Shown here: piece by piece, positions 31,040-40,680 of the stretch
How positions within the stretch are numbered: position 1 is the first letter of the stretch
Layout of the letters: each line of letters opens with the position of its first letter
DNA from: Candidatus Methanoperedenaceae archaeon
GTDB lineage: Archaea > Halobacteriota > Methanosarcinia > Methanosarcinales > Methanoperedenaceae
Assembly (NCBI GenBank): GCA_963753595.1
Contig: CAVWCX010000004.1
Span: forward strand, 27,929 to 91,928
Direction of reading: 5' to 3'
DNA length: 64,000 nucleotides
Translations under genes and position numbers: made by a program
The notes under the pieces: model-generated
Databases searched by the model: none
Seen by the model: the letters and a program-made list of their open reading frames with translations, nothing else
What the model was told of the DNA's origin: nothing

Positions 31040-31617
31040 ACTCTGAACACAGTAGTATTTTAACAGTTACCAGAAGTGTTTGTCCGCTTTGCGGTAAGGA
31101 ACTTGTTACAAACTGGGTAAAGGATAATATTCCTTTTTTTGGTGAAGTGATGTATATTACTTCGAAGTGTGAATGTGGTTTAAGATATTCTGATACCCTG
31201 ATAATGGCCCAGCGAAAACCCGTTCATTATGAAATGAAAATCACGACACGGGACGACATTGATGCGCGTGTGGTCCGCTCGACTTCAGGAACAATAAGGA
31301 TACCCGAACTCGGGGTCGAAATTGAGCCCGGGCCTGCTTCTGAATCTTTTGTTTCAAATATCGAAGGTGTGCTTGACAGGGTGGGTGATATCCTGGAGAT
31401 GGTAGTAAGATGGAATGAAGAATCCCAGATCCAGCGCGCGCAAGAATTACAATCTATTATCGAGAAGGTCAAGGCAGGGGAATTCGAGATCACGGTTATT
31501 ATCGAAGACCCGATGGGCAACAGCGCTATAATTGCAGAAAAAGCAACACACAGGGAACTTACACAGGAAGAGGCAGCCGGTCTTAAGACGGGTATGATGG
31601 TATTTGAGAAAGAATAA
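31036..31617 (+). CDS. ZPR1-type zinc finger protein
   Basis: CPLC, IPFFGEV, IPELGVEIEPGP, SNIEGVL and IEDPMGNS motifs. Confidence 0.92.
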   Translation: MNSEHSSILTVTRSVCPLCGKELVTNWVKDNIPFFGEVMYITSKCECGLRYSDTLIMAQRKPVHYEMKITTRDDIDARVVRSTSGTIRIPELGVEIEPGPASESFVSNIEGVLDRVGDILEMVVRWNEESQIQRAQELQSIIEKVKAGEFEITVIIEDPMGNSAIIAEKATHRELTQEEAAGLKTGMMVFEKE

Positions 31618-32971
31618 TAAGAGTACTGTTCTTATCAGGCAAAAGAGCTATAATTCAGTTCTTCTGCTATTGAACTCAATACTCCAGGGAAAAAAATATC
31701 CTGACATCATTATTAGTGAGCTTTTTAAAAATGAAGATTTTTCATCCGATGAAAAAGCTGTGATCGTTGATCTTGTTTATGGGATATTGCGTCACCTGGG
31801 AAGGCTGGATTACATAATTGGACACGCATCAAGAGCCGCTATAACAAATATCGATCCGGAAATACTTAATTCGTTCAGGATATGCACATACCAGGCCTTA
31901 TTTACGAATGTATCGGCAGCGGGAATAGTAAACAATGCAGTGGCGATGTCATCGAACGATACGAAATTAAGCGGATTTGTTAAAAGGACAATTGAGGCAA
32001 TATTAAGAAATAAAGATGCGGTCATTTTCCCTGACAAGGAAAAGGCTTCGATCGAATATATTTGTGCATACCATTCACATCCGCGCTGGATAGTTGAAAA
32101 ATGGCTCACAGAGTCAGGATCGGTTAAAGAAGTTGAGGCAATATGTCGCGCTGATAACATGCAGCCGCCTTTAACGATCAGGGTGAATCCATTGAAGTCG
32201 GATATCGGATCACTTCAAAAGGCGCTGGATGAGGAAATGTATTCTTCATCAAGAACGGAATTATCACCATTTGGCCTTATTGTTGATAAGAAAGAAGGTA
32301 TTTTTAAAACCCGGGCTTTCAAGGAAGGACTTTTCGAGGTGCAGGATGAAGGAAGCCAGCTTGTTACACTTCTAACAGGTGCAAAGCCGGGAGAACTTGT
32401 TATTGATGCCTGTGCAGGAAATGGCGGAAAATCCCTTTTCCTTTCAGGACTGATGAAAAACCGTGGGACAATAATCGCTTCAGACCTGTCGGCGGCAAAA
32501 CTTGCTAACCTGCGGCATCGGGCAGGAAAAGCAGGCGCGTTCAATATTAAGACCACGGGCAGGGATGCATTAAATGAATATGATAATATGGCTGATTGCG
32601 TTTTCATAGATGCGCCGTGTTCAGGTATGGGAGTTTTCAGGAGGAACCCGGATTCGAAATGGCGGTTGACCCCGGATGATGTAAAAGAACTTGCAATAAA
32701 ACAGAAAGAGATATTAAGTGAATACAGCAGGCTTGTTAAGCCTGGAGGAAGATTGGTCTATGTCACATGTACGATAAGCAAAGAGGAAAATGAGGATAAC
32801 GTGCGCGGTTTTCTTACCGGGAACAGGGATTTTTGCCTGGTTCCCGTATCGGAAATGCATGATTTCAAATCTGGCAGATTAACCTGTGATGACGGATTTT
32901 TCAGGTCATTACCGCATGTTCATAATACTGATGGGTTTTTCGGCGCTGTCATGATGAAAAAAATGAGATAA
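31604..32971 (+). CDS. RsmB/Sun-type RNA m5C methyltransferase with N-terminal NusB-like domain
   Basis: LVYGILRH...LDYII N-domain, then SHPRW, VQDEGSQ, DACAGNGGK, DAPCSG and YVTCT. Confidence 0.88.
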   Translation: MRKNNKSTVLIRQKSYNSVLLLLNSILQGKKYPDIIISELFKNEDFSSDEKAVIVDLVYGILRHLGRLDYIIGHASRAAITNIDPEILNSFRICTYQALFTNVSAAGIVNNAVAMSSNDTKLSGFVKRTIEAILRNKDAVIFPDKEKASIEYICAYHSHPRWIVEKWLTESGSVKEVEAICRADNMQPPLTIRVNPLKSDIGSLQKALDEEMYSSSRTELSPFGLIVDKKEGIFKTRAFKEGLFEVQDEGSQLVTLLTGAKPGELVIDACAGNGGKSLFLSGLMKNRGTIIASDLSAAKLANLRHRAGKAGAFNIKTTGRDALNEYDNMADCVFIDAPCSGMGVFRRNPDSKWRLTPDDVKELAIKQKEILSEYSRLVKPGGRLVYVTCTISKEENEDNVRGFLTGNRDFCLVPVSEMHDFKSGRLTCDDGFFRSLPHVHNTDGFFGAVMMKKMR

Positions 32972-33066
32972 TCAAAGACCTTTATGATGCAATCACTTGG
33001 CGCATGGTGTGATTAAGGTAATTATATATTATTAAACAGTCATTCAAACTATGAGGAGACTGATTA

Positions 33067-33522
33067 ATGAGTAATACGCCAGATGACCTAATAGAATTCT
33101 TGAATGGCATTTTTGCCTTATCGCCAGAGGAGATTAAACTATACGAAGAAGCATTTATCCATAGCAGCAGTAACACCCTACACAATAATCAAAGACTTGC
33201 CTTTCTTGGAGATTCGGTATTAAAATTAATAATAAGGGAGCATTTCTACAAAGAAAATCCAGGTATGAGTAAAGGAGAACTCACCAAAATATGTGGCGAA
33301 GGTAAAGAATCCAATAAGAACTTTGCTAATATTGCAATCAAACTTGGGTTAGTAAAATGCATGGATATTAGGAATCGCCCTCCTGAAACTGAGACTCATA
33401 AAACGGTAAATGCAGAAGCTCTTGAAGCTTTATTCGGAGCAATTTACCTCAATAGAGGTTTTGAGGAAACAAAAAGGATTGTGGGGAAATTTATTTTGTC
33501 AAACTTGGTGACTGTTGGATGA
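33067..33522 (+). CDS. Stand-alone RNase III nuclease-domain protein (no dsRBD)
   Basis: AFIHSS...NNQRLAFLGDSVL...GELT...AEALEALFGAIYLNRG. Confidence 0.85.
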   Translation: MSNTPDDLIEFLNGIFALSPEEIKLYEEAFIHSSSNTLHNNQRLAFLGDSVLKLIIREHFYKENPGMSKGELTKICGEGKESNKNFANIAIKLGLVKCMDIRNRPPETETHKTVNAEALEALFGAIYLNRGFEETKRIVGKFILSNLVTVG

Positions 33523-33559
33523 GGATATTGCATGAGAATATTTACAAAAAAAGGTCTTT

Positions 33560-34564
33560 ATGATTAAAGAGACGCCATATCCTATAAAGAAATTAACTTT
33601 ATATTATGAACCTGCTAAATTATCAATATCAGGTGGGAATATTGAAACCGCAGTGTTCCAAAAACCGAAGTTACTTGAATATCTAATAAAATTTCCCAAA
33701 GGTTTTGATTACCCACCATTTCTTAAAGTCAGTAAAACTAAAGATGAAATAACTCTTGCAATTTCTCAAAACCATTCTGGTAAGAATGAGATTATATTTA
33801 CTGGTTTATCCTCCTCATTATATTCAAGGTTAAAATCACAAGGGACAAATGAAAATATAACCGATGTTATTAATTCTTTCAGGTTTCGGGTATTGTTGGA
33901 ACAACAATCAATAATCAGTCTAGTTTCAGTATTGGAAACATTCATAAAGAGCGTGAGAGATGACCACAATTATAATCAAAAAAATAAAATCATCACTCAC
34001 AGCTTCAAAAAAGTGGAAAAGGTTCTCTCCACATGCGGAATAAAAATACAAAAATTAGAGTATTTAAGCGATAATAAAATACATAATAGAACCGAAGAGA
34101 TAATTGATTATGCATTTAATCTTAGGAATTTATATGTTCATAATGGTGGGATTGTTGACAAATACTTTTATGAAAAATACAAGGATAAAATTTCATCAGA
34201 TAAAATTGGCACATTAATAAGAGTCGAATATAGCGATTATAAAGTAATTCGGCAATGGTTATCTTTCTTTATCCAGGAAATATGTAGAGTAATAGAAGGA
34301 TATGATGATGTATGGACTGATTACCTGATAAGTAATGGCATTATATTACCAAATATTAATCTTGATTTGAAAGCCCTTAATGGAGAGGAATTTAGCATAC
34401 CTCTTGAGGATGGAATTGAATTATTAGGAAAATATGATGATGAAATTGAAATCGATGAGAAAAAGCCTGAGAAAGATGAAAAAACCTACGGTTTTCAATT
34501 AGATATTGGAAAACTGATTGAATATAAAACATCTAAAGATGTGTCAAAAGGTGATGAATCTTGA
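33560..34564 (+). CDS. Hypothetical protein with a HEPN-like Rx4H motif
   Basis: LVSVLETFI upstream helix and LRNLYVHNGGIVD; AT-rich sequence. Confidence 0.65.
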   Translation: MIKETPYPIKKLTLYYEPAKLSISGGNIETAVFQKPKLLEYLIKFPKGFDYPPFLKVSKTKDEITLAISQNHSGKNEIIFTGLSSSLYSRLKSQGTNENITDVINSFRFRVLLEQQSIISLVSVLETFIKSVRDDHNYNQKNKIITHSFKKVEKVLSTCGIKIQKLEYLSDNKIHNRTEEIIDYAFNLRNLYVHNGGIVDKYFYEKYKDKISSDKIGTLIRVEYSDYKVIRQWLSFFIQEICRVIEGYDDVWTDYLISNGIILPNINLDLKALNGEEFSIPLEDGIELLGKYDDEIEIDEKKPEKDEKTYGFQLDIGKLIEYKTSKDVSKGDES

Positions 34565-34965
34565 AGCCTTTGACACTATATCAATTTAAGAAACATATAT
34601 TTAATCTTCAATCTCCAGATATTGAAAAAGCACTTGGACAATATGTAAATCGCAACCAATTAAAACAATCGAAGAGAAAAGATATTGAAGAATTACTCGG
34701 TAATCAAAGACGGGGTATAAATCCAAGATATCTAATATTTAGAAATGCGAATATTGTTAGAGACCTAAAAACAGGTTATTTTTACATACTAATTGAACTT
34801 CATGCATCGTATATGGAAATCATTGATGGAAATAATGAACCATGGGATGTTGATTTTGCCGCTCAAAAACAAACTACAGTTGCGAAAATTAATTCGAAAA
34901 AGGAAATAGTGAAATCCAAATATGGATGTGATGCAAGGAAAAAATTATGTGGCAGTGGCGGATAA
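34561..34965 (+). CDS. Hypothetical protein, translationally coupled to the HEPN-like gene; may be truncated
   Basis: A TTG start overlaps the upstream TGA and is preceded by GGTGA. Confidence 0.55.
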   Translation: MKPLTLYQFKKHIFNLQSPDIEKALGQYVNRNQLKQSKRKDIEELLGNQRRGINPRYLIFRNANIVRDLKTGYFYILIELHASYMEIIDGNNEPWDVDFAAQKQTTVAKINSKKEIVKSKYGCDARKKLCGSGG

Positions 34966-35171
34966 AAAACATAGATAATTTTTCTCATTTTCGTTATGTT
35001 TTCAAAAACATAACATATTTATATAAGTTTCGTTGCTAAGCGATAATAATAACGCCGATGGAGTTAAGAAATGGATAGCCTGAAGGAACTAAAAATTGAG
35101 ATGCAAAACCTTGCAGACCCAAAAAAAGCAGAAATCCTGCAGGGATTCTTCAAAACAGGCAAAGGCCAGTA

Positions 35172-36718
35172 CATTGGTCATCGGTTAAGCCCACCAGTCA
35201 TCCCTGAACCGATGTCTACTGACATGGGGATCAAGTGCCTGACTTGAATAGACATTCATAACAGTCAGAATAGTTCTTTCAATCCCATAATACCGAAGTA
35301 TCAGAGTAAGCTGTTTATCAGCATTTTCGGCAAAAATCGTACTCCATCGCAATTGTGTAAAACGAGAACCAATATCTTTTGGATTATACTTCCGAACTAA
35401 CGAATATATTCTCCTGCTTACTAAAAGGGTAAGAATCGATATCCAGATAAAGGCTTCGATAATTTGTGTGTTCTTTGTATTCACAACATCAAGAGCGTAT
35501 CTGCTTTTCAGTTCTTTAAAGATCAGTTCAATATCCCATCTTGCTCCATAGAGTTTCGCAACATCCTCAGCCTCCAAAACATCTTTTGCAATATTAGTAA
35601 GATAGACATGATACTTTTCTTCATCTTCATTAAAAACCGCTACCAATCGGAACTGTTCAGTATCCATTCTTGTCTTACTTTTCCCATTATAATTCGGTTT
35701 CTTGAATGAGACCTCAACTTCAACATCGAGTACTTGTCTTTTTAACTTGGGGAGAATTTCACTGATATATTTCCCTTTCACATCAATACTATTCCCCCGA
35801 CACGTATTATGCACATCAACAATAAGAGGATCCGCACTTCCTTTCAATCTGGACACGAAGTAACCGCCATTCTCCTTGATTTTAGCAAAGAGTAGATGTT
35901 TGTAGAAACCAAGATCGATAAGAAGAATTCTATCTTTTATCCATGGACCTATTCGCAGAGTCTTCAATTCATTTGTACTTTCAGGATGAATAGTGATGCT
36001 TTTTGGGCTGTTTGCCACGGCACTTACCAACAAACTCACTTTAACGCCAGCTGCTACCGTTCTGGAACGTGCTGCCGGGAATTTTTTAGCAAGAGACTTA
36101 TGCAATCTGATAATTGTGCTGTCCTGTATCATTACATCCTGGAATTTAGCTATTTTTTCATTGAGAACTTTGGTTTGTTCCTTAGCAAGCTGTTCAATTC
36201 CATGAGTTACACATAGCCTCAGGAATGCAACAAGTTCAGGTGTGAATCTTTCATACCAGCTGCTGTCGCTCAGTTTTTTATTGGAAAACTTTTCATAATT
36301 CCGTTTGACAAAGGCTAGATTTCTTGCAAGGCGAACACCATAACTATTGACAAGAACCCAAAACATTTCTACGGCTGTCACTTTTCTCTCTCTTTCTATG
36401 AGGCCGGTTTCTTTTGCTGCTTGTTTCAGCCATTCTGGAGGGAATAGTGTGTAGAGGTCTTTTTCAATTATATCGGGGTCATAAGATGGGATTTTTGTGT
36501 TTGGTTCTTTGGGCTTTTTCATGCTACTGATCCTCTTTCTAATTTTAATACAGTAAAATTAGAATTTTTAAGTAATATATGCATGCTAAGACGATAAATG
36601 CTTCGCTATATAACGATTATTTCAACTGGAAACCCAAAGCTATTGACTAAAAACGAGTAATTCTGCAATCTTTTTTGAGATAATTCATTGAGCAGAATTC
36701 CTTAACCGATGACCAATG
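35172..36718 (-). mobile_element. Complete IS4-family (ISH8-like) insertion sequence, 1547 bp
   Basis: Perfect 18-bp IRs CATTGGTCATCGGTTAAG (35172-35189 and 36701-36718); 10-bp TSD AAGGCCAGTA (35162-35171 and 36719-36728). Confidence 0.95.
35185..36522 (-). CDS. IS4-family DDE transposase
   Basis: QDST, DLGFY and YGARWDIELIFKELK (YREK) motifs. Confidence 0.95.
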   Translation of the reverse strand: MKKPKEPNTKIPSYDPDIIEKDLYTLFPPEWLKQAAKETGLIERERKVTAVEMFWVLVNSYGVRLARNLAFVKRNYEKFSNKKLSDSSWYERFTPELVAFLRLCVTHGIEQLAKEQTKVLNEKIAKFQDVMIQDSTIIRLHKSLAKKFPAARSRTVAAGVKVSLLVSAVANSPKSITIHPESTNELKTLRIGPWIKDRILLIDLGFYKHLLFAKIKENGGYFVSRLKGSADPLIVDVHNTCRGNSIDVKGKYISEILPKLKRQVLDVEVEVSFKKPNYNGKSKTRMDTEQFRLVAVFNEDEEKYHVYLTNIAKDVLEAEDVAKLYGARWDIELIFKELKSRYALDVVNTKNTQIIEAFIWISILTLLVSRRIYSLVRKYNPKDIGSRFTQLRWSTIFAENADKQLTLILRYYGIERTILTVMNVYSSQALDPHVSRHRFRDDWWA

Positions 36719-37359
36719 AAGGCCAGTATGGCGAAGGGGATGTTTTTTTAGGGATAAAAGTCCTGGTGCAGCGTAAAATTGCAATGAAATATAAACATTT
36801 GAATTTTAAGGATATACAGGAACTCCTTGAAAGCAAAATCCATGAATATAGGATGGTCGCACTTTTAATTCTTATTATAAAATATAATTTTGACGATGAC
36901 GATCACAAAACCAAAATTTTTGATTTTTACATGACCAATTCGAAAAACATAAACAATTGCGACCTGGTGGATGTCACTGCCCCATATATCGTTGGAAAAT
37001 ATCTCTTGAACAGGGACAGGAGTATTCTTTATGATCTTGCAATATCTGAAAATGTCTGGGAAAAAAGAATTGCTATAATTTCAACCTTCGAATTCATACG
37101 GAACAATGAAAGCAAGGATACACTCGCAATTGCCAGAATCCTGATAAACGACAAACATGACCTGATCCACAAAGCTGTGGGGTGGATGCTAAGAGAGGTG
37201 GGAAAACGGGTTGACCTGGAAAAAGAGGAGGAATTCCTCCAAAAACACTACATGGAAATGCCAAGGACAATGCTTAGATATGCTATCGAGCGGTTTCCGG
37301 AAGAAAAAAGGAAGAAATATTTAACCCATAAATCTCTCTCCTTTGCGTAATACTCAGGA

Positions 37360-37893
37360 TCAATACTTATTTTTTCCCGGTTTAACAATACTGGCTAAAA
37401 AAATGACAATATCTTTTAACAGGCAATAAAAATAAGGCCTGATCTTTGGATGGCTCCTTTTATCGATCTCATCTCCGATACCCGTCAATAGCAGGACTGT
37501 GATCATAAATATGGCCATTGTCTGTTCAGGTGAAAGAAAGAGAGGCTCATAATTCGCGGCCTTTAAATTCAGGACTATTCCTAATATTCCAGCAATGATA
37601 AATGATACAAGATATCCACTAATGCTCCAATAGGCACTCCTGTCTAATATGAAAAAAGGTAACAATAAAATAACCAGGGTGATCACGACCTTTATTGCGA
37701 TGAAATCTGCTATTCCATAATTGGTAATTATGTACCTCACTAAAAGATTCCCTTCTCCCATAATTCCTTTTTGCTCTATCATTTTCAGGCTGGTTATGGT
37801 ATCTCCGATGCCGAATGCCAGAAAAGCCAATACGAATAGTAAAATTTGTAACTTATTGTACCAGCACGGGTAATATCCGCTGTCTCCTTTCAA
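37360..37893 (-). CDS. Hypothetical membrane protein (DUF5658-like)
   Basis: GDTITS...EGNLLV...K pattern; about 4 TM helices. Confidence 0.65.
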   Translation of the reverse strand: MKGDSGYYPCWYNKLQILLFVLAFLAFGIGDTITSLKMIEQKGIMGEGNLLVRYIITNYGIADFIAIKVVITLVILLLPFFILDRSAYWSISGYLVSFIIAGILGIVLNLKAANYEPLFLSPEQTMAIFMITVLLLTGIGDEIDKRSHPKIRPYFYCLLKDIVIFLASIVKPGKNKY

Positions 37894-38029
37894 AACTCTC
37901 TCCTCATATATATTATATTTTTACTTATTAATAAACAAATCCTGTAAAATAAATTTATATATTCCCGAAAAAGTGTGTTATCAGAAAAGTTTATAGTCAG
38001 CAGATACCCTATTACAGTAGGGTAAAATT

Positions 38030-38878
38030 ATGACAAATATTAGCGAGATACATGTTACAAAAACGATAGTTAATGAATTCATGGATGATTTCATTGAGAA
38101 TATTCTTGACAGCGATGTTGTTGTTGTTGGCTCAGGGCCATGCGGTGTCACGGCTGCAAAGTACTGCGCGGAAAAAGGTCTCAAGACCGTTATGATCGAG
38201 AGGAACATCTATGGCGGCGGAGGTATGTGGCAGGGAGGCTTTCTATTGCCTAAAAATACTGTCGGAGCTCCCGCCAACAAGCTGCTTGAAGAGTGCGGTG
38301 TAAATCTCAAAGACGCTGGAAATGGGCTTTATGTTTGCGATTCATTTGAGATGGTCTCAAAGATGCTGGTAAGTGCATGCAATGCAGGTGTGAAATTGCT
38401 CAACTCTACGAACGTTGAAGACCTGGTACTCAAAGAAGACCATGTTGATGGCGTGGTCATCCAGTGGTATCCGGTACAGCAAATGCCCAAATTCATTACA
38501 TGCATGGACCCGATAGCGATCAGATCAAAAGTTGTAATTGACGCAACAGGGCACGATTCATTCCTTGTAAAGCGCTTAAGTGAACAGAGATCAGGCATTC
38601 CTAAACCCCCTGGCTGCGGTTCACTCTGGGTTGATGAGGCGGAGAAAAAGACAGTCGAACTCACTCATGAGATATATCCTGGTCTTATAGTCGCAGGCAT
38701 GTCTGCAACATCAACATACGGTGCACCGCGCATGGGACCGATATTTGGCGGGATGCTTCTTGCAGGAAAGAAAGCAGCAGAGCTTGCTTATGATAAAATC
38801 AGGGGCGTAAGAGCAAAGGGCATGGGCAAAGGCATAAAGATCAGCCACCGTACGCCTGATGTACTTGTGACAGAATAA
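38030..38878 (+). CDS. thi4: Thiazole synthase Thi4 (Cys-containing type)
   Basis: GSGPCG, GGGMWQGG, CMDP, DATGHD and RMGPIFGGML motifs. Confidence 0.93.
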   Translation: MTNISEIHVTKTIVNEFMDDFIENILDSDVVVVGSGPCGVTAAKYCAEKGLKTVMIERNIYGGGGMWQGGFLLPKNTVGAPANKLLEECGVNLKDAGNGLYVCDSFEMVSKMLVSACNAGVKLLNSTNVEDLVLKEDHVDGVVIQWYPVQQMPKFITCMDPIAIRSKVVIDATGHDSFLVKRLSEQRSGIPKPPGCGSLWVDEAEKKTVELTHEIYPGLIVAGMSATSTYGAPRMGPIFGGMLLAGKKAAELAYDKIRGVRAKGMGKGIKISHRTPDVLVTE

Positions 38879-38889
38879 ATATTTGAGCC

Positions 38890-38914
38890 GGGCGAATGCC
38901 CAAACTTTTTTTTT
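38890..38914 (+). terminator. Short hairpin + T9 tract after thi4
   Basis: GGGC-gaat-GCCC followed by AAAC and TTTTTTTTT. Confidence 0.45.
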
Positions 38915-38975
38915 ACATATTCTTACAATCATCTTTTTATACTACCACAACCAATTATTTATTGGAGGTAAGTTT

Positions 38976-39203
38976 ATGGCATTCGGAATGATGGATGGTT
39001 ACGGCTATGGCGGAATGTGGATACTTGGACTCATATTCTGGATACTGATCCTCATTGGACTCATATTGCTTATCAAATACCTGTGGGAGGGCGCAGGAAC
39101 CAGGGGAAGCCATGAATCCGCACTCGAAGTCCTGAAGAAAAGGTATGCCAGGGGAGAAATAAGCAAAGAAGAATTCGAAGAGAAAAAGAAAGACCTGATC
39201 TGA
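38976..39203 (+). CDS. SHOCT-domain small membrane protein
   Basis: GGAGGT RBS, Met/Gly-rich N-terminus, one TM, and ALEVLKKRYARGEISKEEFEE. Confidence 0.88.
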   Translation: MAFGMMDGYGYGGMWILGLIFWILILIGLILLIKYLWEGAGTRGSHESALEVLKKRYARGEISKEEFEEKKKDLI

Positions 39204-39251
39204 AAAAGCAGATATTCTTTCGCTTTTTTACGAATCACGAATCTATCTTTA

Positions 39252-40100
39252 TCAGTAGTTATATCCGCCAGTGCTTTGCGTTGCAACAGGAGATGGTGTA
39301 ATGGTCGCGGGTACAGGTGTAGCCTCGGGTCCTACGACGAACCAGGCTTTATTTACACCCTCGCCATTTGTATCCCCGCGATTTGTATCGTTACTATAGT
39401 AGTAAAGGGGCATTTGTTTATAAGTTGTCTGTTTGGACCCTTCGCTATTGGTTATTATGCCAAAATCAGAAGTATTCATCAGAGAAGGCGCAATGATATT
39501 CTCATTATAGAACACGGGCCAGACTTTTAAGCAATTTCCTGTGCAATTGCTTACTCCTGGCATATCTTTAGTAAAATTATAAAGAGTATTTCCCTTTGCG
39601 TCGACTATGAATTTCATATTGTCTTTATCTGCTATAAAAACCGTATAGTCTGGTCTGGCGATAAACCATACCTTGTTCACTCCTTCTCCTTTAATATCAC
39701 CTGGATTTGCATCACTGGAGAAATAGTATAATGGCCAACCTTTATAGGTTGTTTGTTTATTTCCATCGTCTCTTGTGATCATCCCAAAATCAGATGAAAC
39801 AAGTCCGGTAGTGACAGATATTTTTTCCTGGTAGAAAACAGGCCAATTATTAAGACAGCCACCTGTGCATGTGCTATCTCCCATAGCATCCTTTGTAAAC
39901 ATATATAGAGTAATTCCTTTACTATCAACGATATAATTTCCAGCAGAGAGTTTAACAGTTGGTTGTTCTATAGGAGGCTGTTCAACGGGTGTTCCTTTAG
40001 CTGGTGTTTGTTGCACTGCTGTTTGTTGTTGAGTGCAACCGCTGATGGTTAATATAGCCAATATTCCAAATATGACTAAAATTAAATTACTTTTGTTCAC
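39252..40100 (-). CDS. Lipoprotein with repeated Yx(F/W/Y)xxD units (COG4315/Lipoprotein_15)
   Basis: ISGC lipobox; repeated G.TLY.FTKD, CxGxCxxxWP and Q.TYK..PLYY motifs. Confidence 0.88.
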   Translation of the reverse strand: MNKSNLILVIFGILAILTISGCTQQQTAVQQTPAKGTPVEQPPIEQPTVKLSAGNYIVDSKGITLYMFTKDAMGDSTCTGGCLNNWPVFYQEKISVTTGLVSSDFGMITRDDGNKQTTYKGWPLYYFSSDANPGDIKGEGVNKVWFIARPDYTVFIADKDNMKFIVDAKGNTLYNFTKDMPGVSNCTGNCLKVWPVFYNENIIAPSLMNTSDFGIITNSEGSKQTTYKQMPLYYYSNDTNRGDTNGEGVNKAWFVVGPEATPVPATITPSPVATQSTGGYNY

Positions 40101-40287
40101 TTTACATCACTCCAATAATTAAATGGGTTAAACTTGCTAATAAGTTTTTTCTATTCGAAAGAAATCTCAGGATGTTCAGAATAAACCAAACGAAATATGA
40201 TACGTTGAATTACAATTTGGAAATAGAGCTAATCCGAAATGGCCAAAAGAAGAATTACAACCTAAAATGTTTATCCCGTGTGGTTAT

Positions 40288-40491
40288 CTATGCTTTGTAT
40301 CCGGCATCAACAATTGCTGCCTTTATGGCATCTGCATTTGTTTTATTCGGGTCATAGGTTACATTTGCCTCTTTATCCTTAAGACTCACATCAACTCCCG
40401 AAACACCATTCACGGATGAGATCGCTTTTGTAGCCGAAGCCTGGCAGTGTCCACACATCATACCTTCTATTTTTATTCTTATTTGCGTCAT
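40288..40491 (-). CDS. copZ: Copper chaperone (HMA domain)
   Basis: GMMCGHC motif, ends AGY, 67 aa. Confidence 0.9.
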   Translation of the reverse strand: MTQIRIKIEGMMCGHCQASATKAISSVNGVSGVDVSLKDKEANVTYDPNKTNADAIKAAIVDAGYKA

Positions 40492-40511
40492 AATTCCACA
40501 GCCTTTTTGAC

Positions 40512-40663
40512 TTTACACTCAATGTATAATAATATATATAATTTGTGTGGTATTGCGCAATTGTGTAGTCTGCAATGATTATTCAATTAAGTTCTCTTTA
40601 TATACGGGAATAACCAATAGGAGGTGTTTACATTGGGTGTAAAACATACACAACGGATGTAAA
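40512..40663. promoter_or_regulatory. Three TTTACA-N5-TGTAAA-like palindromes in the divergent copZ / Fe-S gene intergenic region
   Basis: Sites at 40512-40528, 40627-40643 (perfect) and 40647-40663. Confidence 0.6.
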
Positions 40664-40680
40664 CATAATGGTGAAAATAG

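Larger units (their letters stand above)
35071..37350 (+). pseudogene. DNA alkylation repair protein (AlkD-like) interrupted by an IS
   Basis: 35071-35171 (MDSLKE...FFKTGKGQY) joins in frame to 36729-37350 (GEGDVFLGI...DLIHKAVGWMLREVGKR...MPRTMLRYAIE). Confidence 0.92.

Noticed and set aside
36709-37350. Independent intact 213-aa gene
   Set aside because: Its ATG lies inside the IS inverted repeat; the true 5' end is at 35071.
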